Shown here: positions 30,207-41,157 of the stretch, piece by piece
How the letters are laid out: each line of letters opens with the position of its first letter
Numbering within the stretch: the stretch's first letter is position 1
NCBI GenBank assembly: GCA_000320545.1
Contig: ADNK01002618.1
Coordinates: 1 to 64,000, forward strand
DNA from: Bigelowiella natans CCMP2755
Taxonomy: Eukaryota > Protista > Cercozoa
Direction of reading: 5' to 3'
Length of the DNA: 64,000 bases
Notes under the pieces: generated by a model
Told to the model about the DNA's origin: nothing
What the model saw: only the letters and a program-made list of their open reading frames with translations
The model's database searches: none
Translations under genes and position numbers: made by a program

Positions 30207-33140
30207 ATGTACGAAGGTCCTCCCAAAATCGCCGCGTTACTTCTATGCCTCTTCGTTCTTTCGACACCCTCGCGCCTTGTGGGTGGTAGGGCAAGCAAAC
30301 AGGCTTCCTATGGCGTAGTTAGACGAACACCCCCAATAAAAGAGAACGGAGGGAGGACAGCATGGAACAACTACTGTTCCCGACGGACTTCTTCTTCCGA
30401 ATTTGTACCTGTTTTTAGCGTCCAGGGTCCGCGATTACTGCCCATCCACAGTCGAATACCGATATCAAGAGAGAAAGGACGGATGTCCGTACCTAGGATG
30501 GGCAGGGGAAGAGGTGTAGGCTCTGCACAGTCAACTACAGCAACACCAGCAAGGTCTGGGCCGTTCAATGCGTCTGCCAAAGCTATGAGTTTAAAGCTAA
30601 ATCATCGTATCATGGCGGCGGAGCGTGTGGACAGTCTCTTAGCCATCACATCCGCAAACTTGGGCTCCCTCTCTCGCATTAACGTGGCGTCCGTCTACAA
30701 ACGCCTGTCGCAGATCAACCAGTCGCCGCAAGGCCGAAAGTTGTTGCCTATGGGTTCGGTGGAGATGGAGGAATGGCACAAGGTGCGCGATATGGCGAGG
30801 CTATATGCCGAGAAGGACTTACTTGCTCCTGCCCAAATCTCGAGCTTGGTTGCATCCATGCGAGCACCAGGTAAGTTTGCGATGGAGCCACGGTCGGACC
30901 ATCGGCTCCTGAGCGCTCTTCAAAGGAGCGCAACGAAGCAAATACACAGGTTTGACCCCAAAAATGCAGGCCACTTGCTCGTTGGGCTTGTGCAGCTCAA
31001 GGTGAAACCTGAGCCTGAATTCCTCGCCGCGCTGGATAGACAACTCGTAGCGACGATAGATGAATGTAAACCGCACGTGGCAGCAAACATCTTGTGGGCT
31101 ATGAGGAAGCTTGAAGCCTCGGTGTCCAACAATCTCGTATACCTGCTCGGAGAGATGGTGGCGAATAGTAGTGCCTCCCCCTCTATTCGAGTCAAACTCA
31201 TCGCTCGCTGTATATGGGCTTTATCCGGCTGCGAGGATGAGTATGTTTGCACAGGAGACGCAGAATGGTCGGGGCGTATCGTAGAGCGGCTGCTGTCGTC
31301 TCTCAAAGCCCGGATCTCCTCCCAGGAGCCTCTCGATCCGCCCGACATCGCCCACGCGATCTGGGCGTTTGCGAAGATCGGCGTCGATGACCGGGAACTC
31401 ACAGACGTGATCAAGACCCGGATTATGTACAACCTCCGCCGCTTTGAGGCTTATGACGTTGCCAACGTAGTCTGGGCATTGGCACGGTTAAGGTGCGAGG
31501 CGCCTGATGGAGAATTGATCAGCGCCTTGTCGTTGAGAGCTGCGGAGCACGCGCCCATGTTCCAGCCCCAAGGCCTGTCAAACTGCTTGTGGGGGATGGC
31601 GACTTTGCAGTTCCAGCCGAAGGAGGACTTCATTCTCGCTGTTAAGCGGTATATTGGGGAGACCGGGTCCAAGTTTGACGCGCAAAGCATCAGCAACACG
31701 CTGTGGGCATTCGCCAAGCTCGGTGTGGAGCTGGAAGAGCAGCAGGTGCGGCAGATGGAGGCGGCAGTGACTTCCTCCTGTAACGAGTTCGTTCCTCAAG
31801 AGCTTTCAATGACGCTCTGGTCGTTGGCCCACCTTGCAGTCCCCCCTTCCAGCCAAGTGCTCAAGGCAATGGAAATGCCGCTGCTTTCCAAAATCCCAAA
31901 AATGGAGAGCCAGGCCATCGCCAACACGATGTGGGCCTTCGCGACCTTGGAGATCCAACCCCTGGCTTCCGTGGCCGAAGCTTTGATCACACGATCGAAG
32001 AAAATCGCGTCGAAATTCACTCCACAGGCGGTCTCAAACTGCCTCTGGTCTGCAGGGAGGCTAAGCTGGCAATGCAGTGCTACCGACGCTCTCTATCATC
32101 AAACAGTCACACGGCTCTCCGCCTTCTCAGAGCTCGAGCTTGCGAATGCATTGTGGGGGATGGCCAGGGTGCAGTACCCAGTGGAGGCGGAGGCGAGGGA
32201 AAAAATTGAGAACGAAGTTATGAGAAGAATTTCCTCGTTCAATCCGCAGAGCCTGGTGACGCTACTGTGGGCGACGGCGAAGCTGCAGCAAAAGGGGTTT
32301 TCAACCAATCTGCTCGATTCTATTCAAAACGAGATGCTGGAGCGCAAGGGCCAAATTTTCACGGCCCAGAGCGTTGCAAACACACTGTGGTCGTTCGCGA
32401 AGGTGCAGTATGAGCCCTCTCCTTTGCTGATCGATAGGATACAAAGTGAGATCCCTGACCAGCTAGAGCACTTCAACGCGCAGGAGATTTCAAACACATT
32501 CTGGGCGTTCGCGAAGCTCTCCATGACTCCGAACGATGATGTCATGTCGGGTCTGCAGCATGAGATGGTGTTGAAGAGGGGGGACTTCACCTCGCAGGGG
32601 GTATCGAACGTGCTTTGGTCGCTTGCCAAGCTGTCTTTCGTCATGGTAGATCCAATGTTCTCAGAGGCCATCGAGACCCAGGCCTCAAGCATCGTCAACA
32701 CCTTCTCCCCCCAAGAGATCGCCAACACGATATGGGCCTACGGGCAAATGCGCATGCAGCCGTCGCGGCGGTTCCTCTCCTTGATGTCGCGCCAGGCCAC
32801 TACGAGGATCGAGGATTGGAAGCCCGAGGAGATATCAGGCTTATTGTGGGGGCTGGTGAAGCTCTCGAGGCACCCTGAGGGCGACTTGTCCCATTGGATC
32901 CAACGCCAAGCTGTGAAGCAGTCGTCTTCCTTTACGGAGCAGGGCCGCGGCGTGGTTGTCTGGGCGCTGGAACAGCTGAATATACCGTTCATCGACGACA
33001 TGCTTGAGCATTTCATCCCTGATGCTGAGTACGATGGCGAGGAGAATTATGTAGCGAGAGAAAATGAGGAGGCCCCCTTCCAAGACCCTGAGAGGAAGAA
33101 TGGTGTTGAGTTTTACGGAGGAACTAGCAGTGGCGTTTGA
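30207..33140 (+). CDS. Octotricopeptide-repeat (OPR)-like helical-repeat RNA-binding protein, intronless, probably plastid-targeted
   Basis: About 15 clear and several degenerate ~38-aa repeats with consensus F.PQ.LSN.LWA.AKL. The first ATG is at 30207 (the ORF track starts at GTG 30183). A hydrophobic stretch IAALLLCLFVLST is followed by an R/S-rich segment. No RAP domain recognised at the C-terminus. Confidence 0.88.
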   Translation: MYEGPPKIAALLLCLFVLSTPSRLVGGRASKQASYGVVRRTPPIKENGGRTAWNNYCSRRTSSSEFVPVFSVQGPRLLPIHSRIPISREKGRMSVPRMGRGRGVGSAQSTTATPARSGPFNASAKAMSLKLNHRIMAAERVDSLLAITSANLGSLSRINVASVYKRLSQINQSPQGRKLLPMGSVEMEEWHKVRDMARLYAEKDLLAPAQISSLVASMRAPGKFAMEPRSDHRLLSALQRSATKQIHRFDPKNAGHLLVGLVQLKVKPEPEFLAALDRQLVATIDECKPHVAANILWAMRKLEASVSNNLVYLLGEMVANSSASPSIRVKLIARCIWALSGCEDEYVCTGDAEWSGRIVERLLSSLKARISSQEPLDPPDIAHAIWAFAKIGVDDRELTDVIKTRIMYNLRRFEAYDVANVVWALARLRCEAPDGELISALSLRAAEHAPMFQPQGLSNCLWGMATLQFQPKEDFILAVKRYIGETGSKFDAQSISNTLWAFAKLGVELEEQQVRQMEAAVTSSCNEFVPQELSMTLWSLAHLAVPPSSQVLKAMEMPLLSKIPKMESQAIANTMWAFATLEIQPLASVAEALITRSKKIASKFTPQAVSNCLWSAGRLSWQCSATDALYHQTVTRLSAFSELELANALWGMARVQYPVEAEAREKIENEVMRRISSFNPQSLVTLLWATAKLQQKGFSTNLLDSIQNEMLERKGQIFTAQSVANTLWSFAKVQYEPSPLLIDRIQSEIPDQLEHFNAQEISNTFWAFAKLSMTPNDDVMSGLQHEMVLKRGDFTSQGVSNVLWSLAKLSFVMVDPMFSEAIETQASSIVNTFSPQEIANTIWAYGQMRMQPSRRFLSLMSRQATTRIEDWKPEEISGLLWGLVKLSRHPEGDLSHWIQRQAVKQSSSFTEQGRGVVVWALEQLNIPFIDDMLEHFIPDAEYDGEENYVARENEEAPFQDPERKNGVEFYGGTSSGV

Positions 33141-34540
33141 CAACGAAGAATCGATTCCGATTCACTTTTATCATAAAAATGACATAGATCTCTCCTGTGC
33201 TGGTGCATATTGTTGTTGATTCACACAGTTTGCTTTGTGCGATACGTCGTATGCGGGTTGAGCTAGATCGATACTGAATCCTTCCTGAATTTGGGTTCTG
33301 GGCATGCATGCGTATATGCCTAGCGGATGGATAGTCAAGAGCTTACAATCTGTTGCTTTCATAGTCTATTATTAAGTATTAAATCAAGACGATGCAATTG
33401 CGAGTCTATATCAGAAATAATATCAGTTGCATTAATGAAGAAAAACATCAATTCAAAGATCAAGTCTAATATCATAATCTACCATATATCTGTTCGCTAA
33501 CATGTGCAATGATGTCCACGCGCGTGTGCATGTGAAAAAGTAATAGCAGCCTTTCTGCTATGATGACGCTAACTGATGGGTAGCATCTGCTGCGCTACAT
33601 CGCATGTATATATGTGACTATGCTAGCATGGTATGCCAACATGTGAATATGTTAGATGTGCATGGCCATGCGTTTACACGCTCATTATCATGCAGAGCTA
33701 GAGAGCAGTTTCAGCGACCTGTTGGCCAGCTAGGCTACACCTACCTTATTATCGTCATTCGACAGAACTGTAGAACTTGAGAAATAGCATGACCACACAG
33801 CTAGCTAGCTAGGCATCTAGACAGGTGCCATGCATGCTAGCATTGCTATGATTCATGCAGTAGCAGTGCGCAGGCAGCAGGCAGTCATGTGCTCGTCAGA
33901 CCATGAGATGGCTAGATGGGCAACAAAAAGCAAAGTATAATGCCACAACCAAATACCACCGCCGCACAGCATTGCGACTAGCTAGTTCTAGATTTGCGCA
34001 TGCTATTATCTATTATCTACATCACTAGATCAGGATGCCATTGGAAAAAACTCCTCATTAAGCATCTGTCTCAATCATGCACTTTGCTATTGCACGGCTA
34101 GACGGGTTCACATGCCGTGCACATGTACGTGTGTGCATACTAGCATGCTATGAGCTGAGCATCACGCGGTTGAGCAGACTCAGCGCAGGCACAGGCCGGA
34201 TGCATAACTAGATTGTGTGGTCGCGCCGTGGCACTCTGCTGCATGCATGGTAAATTTAGCTACTAGGCTACGTGGAGCTCTCTAATTAATGACAGCGGCG
34301 CTTCCTCAATATTGACTTGCTGAAATAGATTTGTGGAAATCGAATGTGTGCGCTTGTCGTTGTGATTATTGTTTAGCGATACGGTGTCATAACATCCGTA
34401 TATAGCATGCCCCACTCGCACATTAACATGAGATGCAACTATGATTTTCCAATTTATCGTTTCGAACGATGCTGGCTAGATGCATGCGCCTTCAGTCATG
34501 CAACATACATGAGCTTCGTCAGTCATTCTAATGAATATTG

Positions 34541-35383
34541 TTAATTACTGGATTTCACACGGTCGCCATTAAATACTCTTTTCAGATCTGCCCTGGTTCC
34601 ATACACCGAAGCTAGTCGATTCAGCTGGTTCCAGTAGTCGTCGATATTGACATACACTAGTTGTAGATGCCTCGAGGTTTCATCTTCATTGCCGATGGAC
34701 GTCTTCTTTGACTCGTCGCAGTCCTCAAAGGCCATCCTACCATGGAACATTCGTCGGTTGTTGAAGACGACAACCTGGCCCGGGCGGAGCTTGGTCCAGA
34801 TCTGCGCCTCATTCGTCAGCTCTCGAACAAGCCAAGCGAATCGATGTCGCGCCTGGAAGTATTCTGCAGCGGACTTCGGGTCTCCAGGGAATGGCGCCTC
34901 AAAATTGGGGCTCCACGTGAGCGACACGATGTCGTCGTTCTCGTTAACTACGATGTGTGGCCGCATGTAGCTCATGCGGTACGTGTTCGTGTCAATACTA
35001 GCGCTAACGTTGGGTGGCGCAGGGACCACCGAGGATAGGAATGCGGCGCTTGTCTGCGTCAACACACGAAAGTCGTCTGGAAACCTTTCACGCATGGCAG
35101 TAGCTATCTGAATCCCATCCATAAATGTCGATTCCCCCCCCTTGAGATCATCGTCTTGCTTGAGGCAATGCAGCATCTGCAGGCCGGGCATGGACTCGTA
35201 GTAAGCTACGTCCTGGTGGAGCTGTAAGCACGCCGATCCAAAGGCGACGTTGGTAGGATTACGCTTGGCCTTGACGTCTGTTAGTGTCGCAATGTCGTCA
35301 ATAGCTGCGCGCGTGTGCGCATGTGTGCGCATGTGTGTGCATGTGTGTGCATGTGTGTGCATGTGTGTGCATGTGCATGTGCA

Positions 35384-35415
<32 letters not shown>

Positions 35416-35636
35416 CCCTGCGTTATTGCGTTGGGATGCTCAAACACATGGAATATTACATGCATACCTTGGAAGTATCCATAGATTGTCTCATGAACCT
35501 TTCCTACCCTCGTGGCTAACTTATCGAGGGTGTAAGGTTCTACTGGGGCATCGTCGACAATTGCCTGTACACATGTAAGGGTGGTCCAACGATAAGGAGC
35601 TGCAATGGGAGAGGGAGGAGCGTATCCTTGTATTAC

Positions 35637-35706
<70 letters not shown>

Positions 35707-36816
35707 AATATCAGATTATACCATGCCGTCCTCATTGATGGCTCGCATCCACTTAAAAAGGGCTCGATCAGATTCTAACAACTTGCTCCAAACGAACTTG
35801 ACCGGCGATCGATATTCGATGCCGAGCCCAGGCGTAGATTTCGCCTCTTTGCGGACCTGGCCAACAAATGCAAAGACGCATCGCACAATTTCTTTCCCAA
35901 AAAAAATGAAAGGCAACACGCAGTGCAATCGGAACCCAAATTGGATGCGTAAGTCTGCAAACATACCCTTTCAGCATATGGAGTAGGGTCTTGAATGGTT
36001 CTTTCACTTAAGTTTTCCTGGAGCCACTTCTTAGATAAAATGGCCTCGTGTTTTCTGCCCTGTTTTTAATGTTTTCATCTTCGTGAGGCAGATGTGATAA
36101 TGGTGGTTATGATGATGATAATGATGATGGTGATGAATAGAAGAGGAGGAAGAAAAGAAAATCAGGAAGAAAAGGAGGAGGAGGAATTAATATAAAAGTT
36201 ATAATGATAATGATGACAATGCTGAGAGCTACCTTCGAGTCTGTCCACTCGTAGCACACGGAAGCGCCTTCAACTTCGACATTCTTGATACTACTCCCCT
36301 CGAAGACCTCGCAAGGGTCTTGCAATGACTGCCAACCGATTGATCCTCCCACCTTTTGCGCACACATCGGGCATGGGCAGTTGTGTCGAAACCTGGATGT
36401 ATCCGACGATCCAAAATGTGAATGCGATATTCTTATGTATTTTATTTTGGCGGGAGTGGACAGATGTAATCATACTTTTCATACCACGAGTGAGGGAGTG
36501 AATAGGTCTGTCCATTTAGCGAGAGCTCCACCACATCTTCGTCTATGACGTTGACTGTCATCCTAGAGGGATAACTTCCTTCGAGGCAAGATACGTGTGG
36601 AGCCTTTAAATCATTTGTGATTTGATTTTCTTGTCCATGATGACTCTCCGATGGTCTCATGTCATCATCGTCACGTCTTTGGTCAGCATTCTTATCAGCT
36701 TTATGCGAAGTCTTCGGGATAACGGAAAAGGCGCGAAGGCAAGTCTTGGTAGAGGCATGGGCGCAACGCCGAAGACGAACTGTCGAGCGCAGGAGTGATA
36801 CGAGGCCGGGCGGCAT
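34541..36816 (-). CDS. Gamma-butyrobetaine / trimethyllysine dioxygenase family (TauD-like 2OG-Fe(II)), mitochondrial-type leader, multi-exon
   Basis: N-terminal zinc motif W|FRHNCPCPMC. Core motifs NVAF....LQLHQDVAYYESMPGLQMLHCL, GGESTFMDG and LRPGQVVVFNNRRMFHGRMAF..RHLQLVY (HxD...H triad). Arg/Ser-rich leader MPPGLVSLLRSTVRLRR. Confidence 0.88.
35307..35415. repeat. Intronic alternating purine-pyrimidine tract with 10-bp unit ATGTGTGTGC
   Basis: Direct reading: gcgcgcgtgtgcgc(atgtgtgygc)5 atgtgcatgtgcat(gt)n. Confidence 0.85.
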
Positions 36817-37060
36817 TAGTTTGAGAACTTTAGAAATGGATGATCCCCGAGAGATGCGAGGTGCATCGGATGCAACCTTTTTAAGCCCAGTTTTGTCATG
36901 AGAGCGACCGAGTGTAGGCCATTTTTTGCTGCCGACAACCTGGAATGGCCTTTTGGATGCGAAGCCGATCTCATCTTCCGCTTCGGAGGATGTTTTCGAT
37001 TTCCCCCGGCTGTTTGTTTCTTTCTTACTGCAAGTGTCTTGCTACACTTCAGAAATGTAG

Positions 37061-38837
37061 TTTTTCATCATTGTTTCATTGTTTCATTGTTTCTTTCCCC
37101 GAGTGTCATGCAACACTTTGGAAATGTGCCCGATCATCAGGTTTCTTTCTTTCTTTGTTTGTTTCTTTCTTTCCCCGACTTCTCGCACCTTGTTGGAACG
37201 TTGCACCTTGTTGGCCTGTTCACTGATTCGTTCAACGAACACAAGTCAATCAATCCATCCTTCAACCTTTCTTTGTTGCATCTTTCTCATTCCCGGTGCC
37301 GTGGCCAGCAGGTGCGAAACAAGCTAGCAAGCCCTTCACTTTCCTAGGTGATCTTGTTCATTGGGAAGGAAGTGGATGGATGTTGGTGGCACTTGGTTTG
37401 GTGCGATTGTTCTCAGCTGAACCATTGAAATCGCTTCATTGACTCGATCACTCGTCGCTGAGCTTCTGAGGACCCGCTTTGCTTCGCTGCACCACGCACC
37501 GGGAACACTTCGTGTGTGTTGTGCCTGCAGGTTCCACCACTAGTCACCTGCTTGTGAAACTCAGAAGTCATTTTGTGAGGCGCAACCAGCTTCTCTGGTT
37601 CTTTGTGGTGGCACAAAGTGAAGTGTGCACTTTCCTGTTTCTTTGAAGCGTGTGACGCTGAGTCCAGCAATGTGTCGTTTCCCAGCGCGTGAAGGCGGGA
37701 GCGTGCCCACACAAGTCTGTCAAACCCAGTGACGACGGGGTTGTGAACAGTGCAGCGCTTTGAAGCAGCAGGCAGTTGCAGTTGGTCAAAGAAAAGTCAT
37801 CATCAGAACTTGTCCGATGGCCAAACCTCAAAAAATGACCGAAGTGTTGACCAAAGTGTCCACTTTCAAGGCCTCAGTGAGCGTGCAAAGTGTGAAAATT
37901 CACACCCGTTGCGTGGCGGATGCACGCTGCGCGTTTGTTCGCTGCCACATTTTGAATGCTTTTGCGCGTGCGCGTTTGACCATGACCAAACGTGACATGC
38001 ACGAAAAATTTCAAAGAAATGCGGGCAAATCCAATGTCTGTCACATCACATGACGCGCTTGGTCGCGCGCAAAAGCTTCCAAATGCGCACATTCTGGCGA
38101 TTCGTTGCAGGTTTGACGGACTTGTGCAGACGTGCGCACCGCGTGCATGGCGTGCACGCAGCAGCTCCATCCACGCTGGCGCGGAGCTGCACCAGCTGTG
38201 ATGACTTTGCTAGTCCAGCAGTGTTCACTGAGCACACCTCCAGCACAGCCAGATCCAGAGACAGCACGCGCACGCAGCGCGCGTTGAGCAAAAATGAGTC
38301 AGCGTGCACGTTCGTCACAGGTCGTGCTGATTTTCCCATTGTGTGCCGTCCGTCGGTTCAGCAAGTCGACACCAGTCTAGCAATGACCTCGTGTCACGCG
38401 TGTCCACGTGATGCGTGTTCGCATCGACGATTTGGCGATGTTGACACTGTCCAGCGAGCTGTGCCAGTCCAGCAGTGTGCACAGCCCTGCTAGCCTGGAC
38501 ACATCGGCAGCTGGAAAGTTGTTGAAATGAATGACGAAAAAAACATCATGAAACTGCCAATTCCGCAGAATTGCGCACTTTTGCGTGTGCGCGAAAGTGC
38601 AATTGCTGAACCAAAAGCTGATTGAGCTGTTCACACATCCCTTTCGTGCACATGCCACAAGCTGCAAGTTCGTGTCGCATTTGGTTTTTTTGAAATCCAG
38701 GCGTTGTCGTTCTTGGTCATTGCTAGATTGGTGAAGCCTGGAAAAATTGAGCGATTTTGTTCAACCTCTCAGCTAGTCAGTGCGCAATCAAAAGCCTCAA
38801 TGCTGGAACACGAGTGCACTGCAACGTGCCTGGGCGT
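37061..38837. other. TpA-free tract (TpA only within CTAG); probably heavily mutated intergenic or relic DNA
   Basis: Manual scan finds 8 TpA, at CTAG starting at 37324, 37344, 37540, 38210, 38377, 38490, 38723 and 38773, and no others. Confidence 0.9.
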
Positions 38838-39539
38838 GTAGCTAGGTAGCGCCATCAGATTGCGATTGCAACAAGTTGTAGCCGACGGCATCATGAACAA
38901 GGACGAGCGCCCACTGCAAGCCTAGCAAGCGAGAAAAAAAAAGTGGTCAACGTGACCGCACACTAGCAGCTAGCTGCTAGCGCGTGCACATGGTGCATGC
39001 TAGCTAGCTAGAGTCTGCGCTGGCAAGCTGTGGATGTGACAGCTAGTGTAGCAACAATCGAGAGCATGGCTACGTACTGTGCCATGCAGATGATGGAATT
39101 GCACATGCGTGGCGGAAACTATATAAAACCGCTGGAATCGAAACAAAGTCTGCGTGATGAGCAACATGCACGCTGTCTCATCTAGTAGTAGTTCTCTGTG
39201 AGCATCACAGCAGCATGTGTGTGCATTATCCACTGCACACGCACATGCTGTTTCCACAGTCAGCTATGTCCCCTATACTCATTCGTTACTTTTCTGAAGG
39301 TCATGCATGTCGTATGTGTGATGGCAGACATGACAGGCACTGTGTATGTAATTCACATAGCGATGTTAATGCGATAACCACTCGAACAGGTTGTTCGATT
39401 GGTAATAACTGCCCTCGATGCGGCTTCATAGGACGGAAGTAAAGGTTCTATTTCATGCATGGCTCCAACAGCACGAATGGTACAATACAGTCACTGTACA
39501 GGCCTCAATCTGCCAGGACCATCCATGGTATGCAGGCCT

Positions 39540-40023
39540 CTACTTAGCAAAAGGAGTCTGCGAGATGTATTTTATGGCGTCGCTTGCAGAAGCAATATCC
39601 CCTGCATCTGTTTCTGGAATCTCAATATTGAATTCGTCCTCAAAGGAAAGGACGAGTTCCACAGTGTCCAGACTATCCAAACCAAGATCCTTCGAAAAGT
39701 TTGCTTCAGGCGTCACTTTACCAGCATCAACATCCCTTGAAAACAAATTAGTAGCATATTTATAACTCATATTCCGAATATAGCTTCATAGAATAACTTT
39801 AGATATTGTTTAAGGAAACAATATTACGTTACGCGTTGCATACTAGATACCTGAAATTCTTTATGCATTCGAGGACACGGGGCTCGATCTCCTCGCGAGG
39901 AAGAAAATGGCCACCTGCAGCCTCTCCAAAAAAACGCTGGGGAGTGAATGAAGATGCTCGCGAGACGACTGGAATCACGCGAAAGCTGGTCTTAGAGGAA
40001 AGAACGCGCAGGAATCTGGACAT
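39540..40023 (-). CDS. ACP: Mitochondrial acyl carrier protein (NDUFAB1-like), 2 exons
   Basis: Presequence MSRFLRVLSSKTSFRV, then EIEPRVLECIKNF|RDVDAGKVTPEANFSKDLGLDSLDTVELVLSFEDEFNIEIP (phosphopantetheine DSL motif). Confidence 0.93.
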
Positions 40024-40984
40024 AGTTTAAGGTGGGGGAGAGCAAGCTAACACTGTTGTCAGCACTAATGGCCCTTTATTTGATCTCAGTTGGTGAAGAA
40101 GGCATGATATTTATTTATTGCGACATAGTATACTATATATTTTATGCGGTAAAACCTCTGTTTTCATGCAAACAGCGGTTTATTTATGGGGCAGCTCTGT
40201 TGAAATCGTAGCAGTGCGAGCGCACACCAGAAACAAAATAAGACTGAAATATCCCAGTTGATATTCGCCAGATTACCTGAAAATTGGATACGACAACGTG
40301 AAAGCAGATATTATATTAAAAAAAACCCATCATAATTGAAGATATGCCTCAATCCCGGTCCTTTTCACAACAGAGACTCGCAGGCATTGGGACGCTTTTT
40401 TCCGATTATGCGAAAGAAAAATTCGGCCCCATATTTTCCCAGAAGATTCAGTCTCGAAGTTCAGAATTTGCAGGCGAAATGACCTACATGCTGAGCAAAT
40501 ATTCTTGGGTTCAAAGGGACTGCATCGCTCTGTAGAGCAAGCTACGCTAACTCGACCATACCAGATTGTGCAAAGATTAACCTAGATAAAAAGACTAAAA
40601 TAAGTAAACCTGAGAATTTAGGTATTTGTCCGATGAAGAATTATCCATTGAACGAAGCCGCAGAACAGAGGGGAACACGCTTGTACTTTGATGGATGTCA
40701 ATCCGTGGATTAGGAGGTCATCCTACGCCTGACGGCCCTGCTCACAGCGTCTAGTCCATGGCTGCCCAATTTATTCATTTGAAGGAATTCCCTTGATTCT
40801 CATTTGTTTTATGGATTAACATAGGTCGATGGCGACTGACAAAGACCTCGTCTTTGGCACTTACGTTAGTTGCATAATTCACAATCGCGCGCACCCACAC
40901 AAAACACACAAACATGCACATAAAGAGAAGAGAAGAGAAGGGAAGAGAAGAGAAGAGAAGAGAAGAAAGGGAGAGGGAGAGGGT

Positions 40985-41031
<47 letters not shown>

Positions 41032-41085
41032 GGAGAGGGAGAGAATCAACCAGTTACATCTTAGAACCCACCCACCCACACACAT

Positions 41086-41126
41086 ATGCACATATATTTG
41101 TGTCTGTATATTATGCGTGCGTGCGC

Positions 41127-41157
<31 letters not shown>

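Noticed and set aside
37061-38837. Calling the TpA-free tract a transposon or a RIP product
   Set aside because: No terminal repeats, target-site duplication or transposase/RT motifs were recognisable. RIP would enrich TpA rather than remove it.
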